Origin: Octopus bimaculoides
Taxonomy: Eukaryota
Length of the DNA stretch: 64,000 nt
NCBI RefSeq assembly: GCF_001194135.2
Contig: NC_068987.1
Coordinates: 47,426,802 to 47,490,801 of the forward strand
Direction of reading: 5' to 3'
Positions 1 to 11,740 of this stretch are shown here, one piece after another (the stretch's first letter is position 1; each line of letters begins with the position of its first letter). Below the pieces are notes generated by a model. That model had not been told where the DNA came from, did not search any database, and saw only the letters and a list, made by a program, of their open reading frames with translations. A program made the translations under genes and the position numbers.

Positions 1-228
1 TAAAAAATAAACATTAAAAACTGAAAGTGAATTTTCGAAATATAGCTGCTACACTGGATCAGTTGAGATAAAATAGGTTTAGATCACGGAAGGAGAAAAA
101 TAAAATCGATAATAAACTCTTAGTGATTTTAAAAAAATTATATTTTAAATTTAAACGTAATGTATCTTTCTACTTTCCACTATTATTTGAATTTCGTTAT
201 TTTTTTCTTATTTTGTCCAGATGTTTAA

Positions 229-288
<60 letters not shown>

Positions 289-412
289 GCGTTAAAGTTG
301 GCTAATGTGATTTGTGACTCCAGTAGTGCGAGGTAGGTTCTGTGTGAGGGAAAGAAACACCTGGGGGAGAAAGAAAAAAAAAAAACAGGTCATCGCTACT
401 ACAGGTTATAAA

Positions 413-449
413 ATGTCCACGATGTCTGAACCACTTACATTAGAGAAAG
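413..449 (+). CDS. LIN7: LIN7 homologue, coding exon 1 (MSTMSEPLTLEK + G, phase 1)
   Basis: ATG at 413 after ataaa; EPLTLEK matches the LIN7 N-terminal EPxxLE[RK]D motif; donor AG|GTATTT at 450; phase 1 joins exon 2 to give KDVNRAIELL. Confidence 0.88.
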
Positions 450-807
450 GTATTTTTATTTCAGTTTTATACATTTATAATATGTATACATATATTTTCT
501 GTACATTAACCGTACACATTCAGTACACCTTTTTTCTCGTATTCTAATTCTCTAACATATATTTATCAGGTTTATATATTTACCTCTAAACTCAACTTTT
601 AAGAAATTACGACACCTTTGCCCAGGACGTCGTGTCTTCTCTATCAAATCACCGATAATTTTTTAATACCGATTGTACTATTATCGTATTTTATTTACTA
701 AACTCTAACACATTTTCATTGATGTTTGTGCGGCCTACTTGCATTTATAATAATACATATAATACACAACACATTCTCCGAAATATTAACATGTGTATAT
801 ATAACTG

Positions 808-863
<56 letters not shown>

Positions 864-1796
864 TCCATTTTACATGTGTTATATGTATTTGTATACTCAT
901 ACACACATATTGAATGAATATATTTGACAATTTAGTTTCTGATGTTCTGTAAAAAAAAAAAAGTAAATGAGATGGTCACGACAGGGACACTTCACTACAG
1001 ATCGGTTTTCTCAGGAGCTAAACAACAACCAAGTCTATTTCAAACCAATGTAGAATGGCTTCGGTGTGGTCGCATGATTTGCTAGAAATAGCAGTTGAAT
1101 CTCCCTATCCTTCAGATTACACCCTCCTGTTTTGAAATAGGAAAGGACAATTAAATACTGTAGCTAATTGTCTTATGTATACGAAAAGACGAGATATATA
1201 ATAAACTAAATGAAAGCGTGTATTATGTTATTATTACTCACACATATCTACCTGATTTCTCTAGATAGCTTGTGTAGTGATTCTATTTTCATGTTAACAT
1301 ACCCATCTGCAACTTCTGCGATGGGTTCGATTCCCGCCCTACATATACATTCAGTTGCTTTCATTTTACTTTTCATGGTGACGTCCTTTTAATTGTTTCA
1401 ACTAATTTTCTAGAAATAGTTTTTGTGTCATGCATGACAATTGTACAAGCTGACAGGTTTTACATTCCACTGTGTGTCATAATGAGACAATTTGTCGTTA
1501 TCGTTTTGTAGGTGTTTAGAATTATCTGAATTATCTGAACATCTTATCAAACTAAAATAAAAGGCAGAGTGCAAAGTTTACCTTTTGAGATTTCAAGAAA
1601 TATACTTATTAATAAAATACCTGTTTCTTATATGAAAATAATAACTCTACTTTGAAAATGAAATTCACTTTTTAAAATTTATTATGAAAAACATTTCGGA
1701 TTGCACTGGTTTAATTTAGGTTTTAGAAATTAATAATTTTAAAGCTTCATAAATCTGAAAATAATATGATAATTAAAATAAAAAAGGAAATGTTCA

Positions 1797-2015
1797 ATTT
1801 CTTTATTGCCCACAAGGGGCTAAACATAGAGAGGACAAACAAAGGGGTTAAGTCGATTACATCGACCCAGTGCGTAACTGGTACTTAATTTATCGACCCC
1901 GAAAGGATGAAAGGCAAAGTCGACCTCGGCGGAATTTGAACTCGGAACGTAACGGCAGACGAAATACCGCTAAGCATTTCGCCCGTTATGCTAACGTTTC
2001 TGCCAGCTCGCCGCC
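1797..2015 (-). mobile_element. tRNA-derived SINE, CpG-intact copy (octopus OR-type; central domain resembles the Meta domain)
   Basis: Minus strand reads GGCGAGCTGGCAGAAACGTTAGC...GAGTTCAAATTCCGCCGAGGTCGACTTTGCCTTTCATCCTTTCGGGGTCGATAAA; near-identical copy at 10569-10783. Confidence 0.8.
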
Positions 2016-2094
2016 TAATTTCAACTCTACTTCCTGCTTAGGGTTAAACATTCCAGAATGCTTATATTTTTAGACTAACACACACATATATATG

Positions 2095-2310
2095 CAAGCT
2101 AGCAGAATCGTTAGCACGCTGGGCAAAATGCTTAGCAGCATTTCATCCATCTTCACGTTCTGAGTTCATCCGTGTTAACCATCTGAGGTCGACTTTGCCT
2201 TTCATCCTTTCGGAGTTGATAAAACAGGTACCAGTTGAGCACTGGAGTCAATCTAATCCACTCAACTACTCCCTCTAAATTGCTGGCCTTGTGCCAGAAT
2301 TTAAAATCTT
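2095..2310 (+). mobile_element. Same SINE family, opposite orientation
   Basis: GAGCTAGCAGAATCGTTAGCAC...GAGGTCGACTTTGCCTTTCATCCTTTCGG. Confidence 0.75.
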
Positions 2311-2329
2311 TAAGGTAAAGACGCCCGTC

Positions 2330-2640
2330 AGTCATGAATGACCATGGGATTGCACCTCGAAAGTTCCCCTCCTAGGCACAAGTCTGGGCAAAGTTGTTTA
2401 TGGAAGCCCAGCAGTCGCCCATGCATACCAGCCTCTGCTCTCCACGCCACCAATGTTATCCAAGGGAAAGGCAAAAGGTGATACAGCTTGGCACCAATGA
2501 AAACTTTTTACTACAACTCAGTGAACTGAAGGAATGTGAAATAAAGTGTCTTGCTGAAGAACGCAACACAGCCAGTCCAGGAATTGAACTCACAACCTCA
2601 TCATTATGAGCCTGATGCTCTAACCACTGAGCCATGTGCC
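2330..2640 (-). mobile_element. Second SINE family with tRNA-like head
   Basis: Minus strand GGCTCAGTGGTTAGAGCATCAGGCTCATAATGATGAGGTTGTGAGTTCAATTCC (A/B boxes); head related to copies at about 29040-29330 and 41120-41520. Confidence 0.65.
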
Positions 2641-2669
2641 AAAATTTGAAACCATTATTATCATTAATG

Positions 2670-3260
2670 TGGAGAGCTGGCAACATTTTTTGCACGTTGA
2701 GTAAAATGTTTAGGGTTATTTTTTCCAGCTCTTATGCTAAGCTCAAATCTTGTTGAGACCAACTTTGCCTTTAGTCCCTCTGGATTTGAGGAAGTAAAGT
2801 ACCAATCAAGTACTGGGATTGATGGTAAAGACTTACCCCGTCCTAAAATTGCTGGTCTTGTGTTACAATTTGAAACCATTATTTGAAATCAGAAATCATT
2901 AGAGGGGCAGAATCATTTGAACATTTGAAAAAAAAAATGTACTTAGCAGTATTTGTTCTGGCTCATTGCGTAACAAGTTCAAAACCCACTGAGGTCAACT
3001 TAGTTCTTCATCTGTTCAGGTCGATAAAATAAAGCACCAGTCAAATATTGGGGTCAATGTAATCGACTAAACTTAATACTCCCCCTAAAATTACAGGCCT
3101 TCTGTCAAAATTTGAAGCACAAAGATGGCAGGTTAAGAGAATCGTTTGAGTATTAAAGTACTTAGTGATATTTTTTTTCTGGCATTTTACATTCTGAGTT
3201 CAAATAATGCCGAGGTCCTTTACTTTTCACCCTTTCGGTGTCAATCAAATAAGTACTTAG
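2670..3260 (+). mobile_element. Cluster of three decayed SINE copies
   Basis: Repeated GAGGTCAACTT...GTACCAGTC...GGGGTCAATGTAATCGAC...AAAATTGCTGGCCTTGTG motifs. Confidence 0.6.
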
Positions 3261-3744
3261 AGCATTAAAAAAAAAATGCAAAGTAAAATCAGATAAGAGT
3301 TGAAAAAGTAACAGCATTACTTGATGACTAATCTATATTTGCATTTGCAAGTATGAGTTTTAAGTATAAGATATCTTTTCACCTTCTTAACATGTATGAG
3401 TATTTTCTTTGATTTTATAGCTGACATAATCTTTAAGGTAGCATGTTAGTACTATCCTTAAGGTTGCATATATCTGTGTGTGTGTGTAAAATCTTTATTC
3501 TTATCTATTTAGATGTGTGTATATCTTTCACATGTATATGTATTTCTCTTTGAGAAAGTGTAGTGTGATCTTGCATAAATCAAATTATTTTAATTTATAT
3601 ATCATCATGCTGGCATGAGATGGATGGTTTGACAGGAGCTGGTAAGGTCGGGAGTCACACCAGGTTCCATTGTCTGTTTTGGCATGGTTTCTTCAGCTGG
3701 ATAGCCTTCCTAATGTCATCAACTTTACAGAGTGTAGTGGGTGT

Positions 3745-4265
3745 TTTTTACATGGCACCAGCATCAGTGCTTTTTTATGTGGGGCCAGCATCACTGCTTT
3801 TTGCATGTCACCAGCACCACTGTTTTCTATGTGGCACCAGAAATGGTGCTTTTTACATGGCACCAGCACCAGTGCTTTTTATGTGCGACCAGCACCAATG
3901 CTTTTCATGTGTCACCAACACTGGTACTTTTTACGTGACACTAGTACCGGTGCCTTTTATGTGTCGCTATTATCACTGCTTTTTGTGTGACACTAAAATT
4001 GGTGTTTTTTAGGTGACAACAGTACAGGTGCTTTTCACGTGGCACCAGCACCAGTATTTTCACGTGGCCCCAGTACCCGTGCTTTTCACGTGGCACCAGC
4101 ACCAGTACTTTTCATGTGGCACTAGCATCGGTACTTTTTGTGTGGCACCAGCACCGGTACTTTTCATGTGGCTGGCCCCAGTACCGGTGTTTTTCGCGTG
4201 GCACCAGCACCAGTGCTTTTCACGTGGCACCAACATCAGTGCTTTTCATGTAGCACCAGCACTGA
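3745..4265. repeat. GC-rich minisatellite, about 26-27 bp unit (ttttcacgtggcaccagcaccagtgc), roughly 20 degenerate units
   Basis: Direct reading of the tandem units; lies within an antisense RTE-type 3' end that begins at about 3603 (CAT tail). Confidence 0.85.
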
Positions 4266-4269
4266 TAGG

Positions 4270-5352
4270 GTCATCAAAAAAATATATAACAGTTTCCATC
4301 ACATGCCAGTGGGGAAAACCAGAAGTAGTTGATAGCTTCCGTTACCTAGGTGACAAAGTCAGTAACGGAGGTGGATGCTCTGAGAGCGTAACTGCTAGAA
4401 TAAGAATAGCCTGGCAAAGTTCAGAGAGCTCGTACCTCTGCTGGTAACAAAGGGCCTCTTGCTCAGAGTAAAAGGTAGACTGTATGACATGTGTGCAAAC
4501 AGCCATGCTTCACAGTAGTGAAACATAGGCCGTGACTGCTGAGGACATGTGTAAGCTTGCAAAAAATGAAGCTAGTATGCTCTGCTGGATGTATAATGTC
4601 AGTATGCATACATGACAGAGTGTAAGCGCCCTGAGAAAAAAATTGGACATAAGAAGCATCAGATGAGGTGTGCAAAAGAGACAATTGAGCTGGTATGGTC
4701 ATGTGTTGCATATGGATGAGGCAGCTGTGTGAGAAAGTGTCACACCCTAGCAGTGGAGTGAATCTGTGGAAGAGGTAGATCCAAGGAGACCTGGGATGAG
4801 GTGGTGAAGCATGATCTTCAAACATTGGGCCTCGTGGAGGCCAACAAGTGACTGAGACCTTTGAGAAGACCTGGCATGCCAATTGAGACCGTAACCGTGG
4901 CCTATGCCTGTGTTGCATAACCGGCCTATTTAAGAGTACCCGTCAATCATTGGGCAATAAACTGTGCTTGCGAAGACCTGTTGAGTCAAGTGAAGTCATT
5001 GTCGTGGCTGATGCCAGTACCGCCTGACTGGCACCTGTGCTGGTGGCACATAGAAAGCACCATTTAACTGTGGTCGATGCCACTCTCACCTGACTGGCTC
5101 CTGTGCCAGTGCATTTAAAAAGTACCATTCGAGCATGGTTGATGCCAGTACCACCTGACAGGCCCTCATGCCAGTGGCACGTAAAAAGCACCCACTACAC
5201 TCTCAGAGTGGTTGGCATTAGGAAGGGCATCCAGCTGTAGAAACCTTGCCTGTTCAAATTGGAGCCTGGTGCAGCCTTCTGGCTTGCCAGTCCTCAGTTA
5301 AACTGTCCAACCTATGCCAGTATGGAAAGTGGACGTTAAACGATGATGATGA
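4270..5352 (+). mobile_element. 5'-truncated RTE-clade LINE (post-RT domain + 3' UTR + (GAT)n tail)
   Basis: EVVDSFRYLGD...CSESVTARIRIAW, GRGRPxxTW-like remnants with stops; ends GTTAAACGATGATGATGAT. Confidence 0.85.
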
Positions 5353-6029
5353 TATATACATATATAAGCATTGGGTATGTTCCTAGTAGTTGACCAATGA
5401 AGCACGTTCACTGCCTATGACTACCTGGCTTCATCCACAGTAATTACGCAATTGTTGCTGGATCTACCTCAGGAATTCCTCAGTGTACATTGAGCGTCTC
5501 ATTAAATGCTGTATTAAATTCAAGCGAAATAGTTCATTTAACAAGATACCTCTTATTACATCACACTTCTGCACCAAGGATGCATCACAACTAGTTGTAT
5601 AGTTTCCTACCTGCAAGGGATTGATGCAGGAATGTGTTGAAATGATTGTTGTGAGCAATAAAGTTTCCCGTGCATTCCATTACCTGACTCTACCATTTAT
5701 TTATATATATATAAAGGTGTGTCAAGCTAAGTAAAATCTGTCATCCATACATACAGGCATGTCCTTTGCAGGTGCCATGTAAAATGCACTCATGCCAGTT
5801 CTGCATAAACACACCCATACCAGTGGCATGTAGAAAGCACCCACCACACTCTGTAAAGTTGTTGGCATTAAGAAGGGCGTCCAGCCATAGATAGTACTTA
5901 CTTTGTAGTGACTTTGTATATAGTTAGGTTATTATTTCACAGATGTCAATAAATAACAGAAAAAGTAAATCTGAAATGTAATCAACATTTTTAATATTCT
6001 AATTGCTAACAATTAGTGACAATGAAATA

Positions 6030-6550
6030 TTTAAAAGCACAAGTTATCGGAGAAAGCAGATGTGCTGGAACAATAAATTCTTAAGAACATGTGGGAAGTA
6101 GATGCCCTCAAAAGCCCAGGAGGATCCCAGAGGTAGTAGATAGTTTCTGTTCTCTTGGTTATCTAATCAGCAATGATAGTGGATGATCAGAAAGTATAAG
6201 TTGCTAGAATAAGAATGGAGAAGGTTTGGGATCTATTACCTCTGTTGGTAGTAAAAGGTGTCTCTCTCAGTGAAAGGCAGACTGTATGATGCTTGTATAT
6301 GAACTACTATGCTCCATGATAGAAACATGGACCCAGCATACAGAGGACCTGCAAGGATGTGAAATAAATGAAGCAAACATGCTCCGCTGGATGTGCAGCA
6401 TCGTTGTGTGTAATTAAAGCAGTAAAAATGTATTAGGAGAAGACTGTGTTGGTGTGGATGTGATGTATATGGATGATCACTCACAGTTGATGGAACCTGT
6501 GGAAGATAGTGAGATAGTGGTGAAAGCTGATCTTGGATTGCAAAGACTCA
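6030..6550 (+). mobile_element. Old RTE LINE fragment
   Basis: GAGGTAGTAGATAGTTTCTG...GCTAGAATAAGAAT...CTCTCTCAGTGAAAGGCAGACTGTATGATGC, homologous to 4320-4500. Confidence 0.65.
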
Positions 6551-9397
6551 TGACAAGAGACTGTGATGGTTGGTGATTTGTTGTACTTGAGAAAACTTAC
6601 CCAGCAAGTCTTCTCAGTCACAACATTGTGAATGAGGCTTTCAAAACATAATGTATCCTGCATGCTATTCATTCAACTGAATCTTTTTTTATCTCAAGCC
6701 ATACTTATTCCTCATTCTTATCATCTGCATTTCTTTCCCATTCTTTGTTAATATTTATCTCTCACTCTTTTCCACTTGCAACCTCTAACTTCACACCTCA
6801 TCACCCAAACACATCCCTCCATCACTCTCCTTATCTACTATATTATTCTGCTATTGTAAGAAACCTGTTTCTATATACCATACTATCATTGTTTTGTTGA
6901 TTTTTGTGTATCCATGCTATAATCTCTTACATATGTTACCATGTAAATTCTGACTCCTTGAAATCACTATTTCCCTCTTTTGAGTCCCACTCCAGCCTTC
7001 CCCATTCACTCAAGTAAAGTGCAAGTGAAGTGCAAATCTATAAATTTGTTCCTGCTCTCCACCAACATAATTCAATTCTTTTGTTACCGTGTTTCTGTTT
7101 AAATATACTATCTTTGTTTCAGTTGATTCTGAAAATAATGAATAATTTATTAAAATAACTTTGTCTTTAAGTTGATGGTTTTAAACAGGAAGTTTGTATT
7201 ATAGAACCAGGGGCGAATTTGTATCAAAATGGTTAAAGCATCCACTCTAATTCTAATCCTTCCTCTCGTTTGAGAGGGCTCTTTAGTCTTGCAAGTTACA
7301 AAGCAACCCTTATAATGCTGGTGCCACAGAAAATGCATGCAATACATTTTGTAAAGTGGTTGGCATTAGGAAGGGTACCCAGTCAGAAATCATACTAGAA
7401 ATCATGCTTGCATAGAAAGCAGATCTGAAATAATGATGATGAGGATACTATAGAATATAATTTACAAAAGTATGACTTGAAATTGCATCTGGTGGTGGGA
7501 ACCTGGTTTGGGAGTTCCAGTGTTTTGAGGAGTGTGGAATAACCTCATAGCTACTAATTGTTCCTAGGTCTACTCCAACCATAAGTAGTAGCACTTGTCA
7601 GTCTCAGCTATAGATTAAATAACATATAACCACTTGAGCTAAGACATGTTGGAATCATGAGATGCAGCATGGTGGATGTGAACTATTTTGGCAGATGAAG
7701 TTATTGAGTGAATTGCAAATATCACGAGATGCTGAGTGGATAAACAGATAACAAATGTCAAGGGTCAGGATCAACCGATTCCAGTTAGCAAACTACTGCT
7801 GTCATCTGTTGAGCTTTTTCTTTTAGCAAAAGACCAATGTGACTGAAGCCTAGGCCAAACATTCACACTCCATTGCTCGATTAGGATAGGGGCTATTCAC
7901 GGGGTCAATAAATGCCTGAAACTGTACATCTACTTCATTATTACCTATTTTTTTTGTACATGCCTGAGGGTCAATGAGAGGTCAAGGATTCCATGAAGGG
8001 GTTGATGGTCTAAAAATTTTTGAGACTCCTAATCTATACACTACATCATGAAATATTGGTGTTCCTTTGGATAATTTCTGAAGCAACCCTAAATACTCAT
8101 GTCATTGTCATGAACAGCTGAGCATCCTCATGAACACCACCTGATACTTGAGATGGAACACCAACAATAACAAAAATTTTCATTCTCAGTAGATATCACA
8201 GGTTAAAAAGATTACTGAGATGCCACTTGACTGCTACTACTTACATGTTTGTTGAACCCATTTTTTCAGTATGTCATTGTAGTAATCACCAGGCAGGCGT
8301 CAGTAGACCAGCAGATTGCTTGGGCTGCTTTCTTCAACAAATTGGCATGAGAGTATTGCATTAGATTAGGATTTAGAGAATAAAATTCATTTTCGTCCTT
8401 AGTATTTTTTTTTTAATGCTTTCAGATGCTTTATGTTCATTTTTTGTCTCCGTAGAAATTTAACTAGCATGTCTGAAAAATGAAAAAGAAAAATATATCA
8501 TTTATAATATGTCCTGGGTATGACTATAAATTGCATCCATTAGTGGGGCTCTGGTACGGTAGTTCCAGTGTTTTGGGGAGTATGGAACCACCTCATAGCT
8601 ACTATTGTTCCAGGTCTACTATGACCCGGAGTAGTATGACCTGTTATGTTCCAACTATGGGTTAACTAGCATATGTGATGACAATCCATCTAAACGCAGG
8701 CATGTAGAAATATCCTTGGTTGGTGTCAGGGCGTGCAGTAAAGCCATCTCACTTCGGCCTGTTACTCGGTACTAAACACAGAGACTCAGAGAGTGGTCCT
8801 CATGTCGTACAAGCATTTATCACTGTAGTTCAGTGACATACCGATGTCTGTCTGATGACCTCATTTGTCATTCCACCTGGCGATGGAAAAGTAGCAACAT
8901 GTGTAGACCAGTTGGAAGCACATAATGAGTTATAACTGTCACCTATACTTGAAAGCACGCTGATCTGCAGCGGGACTGAATAGTCATCTGAGAGGTCAAG
9001 GATGGAAAATCAGAAATGCCATTGGCAACAATGAATTACTAAGAGACGGCAATCACCAAGTATGGTGTTTTATTGCTAACAATATATACTATACAACGGT
9101 AATTAAATCAGTTTAATAGTTTTAATAATCACAAACTCATTAAATATTATTTGCACGAATGTGGAATTCCTGAATGTCTACAAAAATTCTAAACTGTACT
9201 AGTTTGTTAAAAAAAAAAAATCCTACGTTTTAGACGTCAGAGATTATGAATATGCAAAACATTTTTTTAAAATTTTGCCCCCACCGCTACCCCCCAAATT
9301 TTTTATTTTGTTTACTATAAAGAGATCGTAGCGAATTAACGAACATATACAAATCGAAATTAAATACAGACAAGAACATTAAAGTGAAAAGAATTTG

Positions 9398-10036
9398 GGC
9401 ACTATCATGCTATTAGCTGTCAGAAGTGAAAGTGCTCACTGCTAGTGAAGTATCTGTCTGTCTGCCTGCATGCCTGTTGCTGGCCTGTCGATTCTTTGGC
9501 TACTGACAGCTAATACCATGACTGGCCGGAGCGAGCTATATGTCTGTCTGTCTGTCTCTCTCTCTATCTATCTATCTATTACNNNNNNNNNNNNNNNNNN
9601 NNNNNNNNNNNNNNNNNNNNNNNNNNNNNNNNNNNNNNNNNNNNNNNNNNNNNNNNNNNNNNNNNNNNNNNNNNNNNNNNNNNNNNNNNNNNNNNNNNNC
9701 AAACTTCATTTGTTTTCTATTTTGATAAATTCTCTCTGTTGAAAATTATATTTTTATATTTTAAATAATTTGCAATTTCAGGAAATATGTTTTTATATTA
9801 AATTTGTGTTTTCTACTCACGACTAGCTAGCGCGGACGCGCGAACTTTCGAGTGATAGATAGATCGAGAGACAGACAGACAGACAGACATATAGCTCGCT
9901 CCGGCCAGTCATGGTATTAGCTGTCAGTAGCCAAAGAATCGACAGGCCAGCAACAGGCATGCAGGCAGACAGACAGATACTTCACTAGCAGGCAGTGAGC
10001 ACTTTCACTTCTGACAGCTAATAGCATGATAGTGCC
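9398..10036. repeat. Near-perfect inverted repeat, about 180-bp arms (9398-9578 / 9854-10036), enclosing a gap
   Basis: Arms are reverse complements apart from a 4-bp indel and SSR length; each arm has an internal 18-bp inverted repeat (9406-9423 / 9503-9520). Confidence 0.85.
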
Positions 10037-10169
10037 AGAATTTGCGTTTTACTTGTGTCTGCCTTAAATAATTGTAAATAATAATTTTATGTAAATTAAA
10101 TTTATTTCACTTGAAATTCTATAAGTTTCAACAGCGATTTAGCACCGACATCTAGTAAGGCCAAGCTAA

Positions 10170-10212
10170 TCCAGACTGATGAAGGGCAACTACCCTGGAA
10201 CTAGTCTTTGGA
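10170..10212 (+). ncRNA. Minimal type I hammerhead ribozyme motif, core variant GGAA instead of GAAA
   Basis: tccaga-CTGATGA-aggg(caacta)ccct-GGAA-ctag-TC-tttgga: stem I 6 bp, stem II 4 bp, palindromic stem III ACTAGT, GUC site. Confidence 0.6.
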
Positions 10213-10568
10213 CGCTGGCTTTGTTGGTTTGGAGGTGCTTATCTCCCCTGTTTGAAAACTTAAGGACTCAGAACGCTTGTGTCACGTAGCCAACTGGAAA
10301 CAGTGTTTCTTGGGGCTAAATAGTAGCATTCTTCCCTTTCCTGGGACTACCACATTAAGTTGGCTGGCAATAAATCATCACTTTATCGTGCTGCTACTAT
10401 ATAACTCTCTCTGAGAGATTTAGAAATGCAATATTTCTAACTTTAAATATACACCATTTTATGAGAAACAAACATTAATAACTTTAGTTTAATAAGGGGC
10501 TCAAATTCCACTCCGTCCCCAATTTTAAATTTCGAACTTTTTCACCCATTTATTTATCTGTCTATCTT

Positions 10569-10783
10569 ATTTCTTTATTGCCCACAAGGGGCTAAACATA
10601 GAGGGGACAAACAAAGGGATTAAGTCGATTACATCGACCCCAGTGCGTAACTGGTACTTAATTTATCGACCCTAAAAGGAGGAAAGGCAAAGTCGACCTC
10701 GGCGGAATTTAAACTCGGAACGTAACGGCAGACGAGATACCTCTAAGCATTTCGCCCGGTGCGCTAACGTTTCTGCCAGCTCG
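10569..10783 (-). mobile_element. tRNA-derived SINE, CpG-intact, near-identical to 1797-2015
   Basis: Direct sequence match to the 1.8-kb copy. Confidence 0.8.
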
Positions 10784-10827
10784 TATCTGTCCGTTTATTC
10801 ATAAGATATATTTGTCAACTAAATGTG

Positions 10828-11150
10828 GCGGTCCTGTAGAAGACGGTGTTATTGTTGTTTTTAGCCCCAGGAAGACATTCATATCTATCTATTTCTTTAT
10901 ACACACATTTATATGCTTATTGAATTTAAAATTTTGGAAACGTGGTTTTTTGCATATTCGGAATCTTCATCTAAAATATAGGGAAAAAAGATTTCGATAA
11001 AGTTCAAAATTTTCGGGCGGGGGAGGTTAATTATTATTATTTTTTTTTTTGCATATTCGTAATCTCCGACATCTAAAACGTAGGAACCCGAAAATATTTT
11101 TTTCAAAAAATGCATTTTTAAATGAGAGGTGCGAGACTGCTTTAGCTCCC
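10828..11150 (-). mobile_element. Non-autonomous repeat (MITE-like), uninterrupted copy; inverted sister at 13452-13704 + 15165-15245
   Basis: Reverse-complement match of TACGTTTTAGATGTCGGAGATTAC..., TATATGCTTATTGAATT and CCCAGGAAGACATTCATATCTA; a partial third copy at about 9210-9300. Confidence 0.7.
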
Positions 11151-11389
11151 CCCCTCCCATTATAAAAAAAAGCGATAAGCTGGTAATCAACTAGGTGTAA
11201 TTAAACTTAGTGGCGTAAATTTTTTGTAGCATGTCATTTCTATGTAGTAGCTTCCGTTTTGTCCCGGAGGTCATCCTTCGACAACTTTATCGGCGGAGTT
11301 CTTATCCTTTCTACTTCCCTAATGTTGCTAAACATTGCAATTTAATAGCAATACATAAATCTCCTGGATATTTCCCGCTACGAAGATGG

Positions 11390-11740
11390 TGAACTGGTAG
11401 AATTCTTAAGACATCGGGCAAAATGTTTAGCAGCATTTTGTCCGTCTCACGTTCTGAGCTCAAATTGTGCCGAAGTTGATAAAATAAGCACCAGTTGAGC
11501 ACTGGAGTCGATGTAATCAAGTTAGCACTTCCCGAAATTGCTGGCTTTTTTAAAATTTGAGACTAATATTTCTCGCTACAAGACTGAACTATTAGCACGT
11601 CGGAAAAAAATACCTTGGTATATTTGTTCCGGCCTGTTACATTCTGAGTTTAAATCCTGCTGAGATTAACTTCGTCTTTCATTCCTATTAGATCAATAAA
11701 GTAAAGTACCAGTCGAATACTGAAGTCGATATAATTGACA
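11390..11740 (+). mobile_element. Two diverged SINE copies that retain CpGs
   Basis: GACATCGGGCAAAATG...GTCGATGTAATC and GCACGTCGG...GTCGAATACTGAAGTCGAT. Confidence 0.6.

Noticed and set aside
2570-2640. tRNA gene
   Set aside because: A/B boxes are present but continue into a SINE body with no proper acceptor stem; the same holds for other SINE heads.
3745-4265. CRISPR-like array
   Set aside because: Units are contiguous and degenerate with no unique spacers; eukaryotic context; derived from a retroelement 3' UTR.
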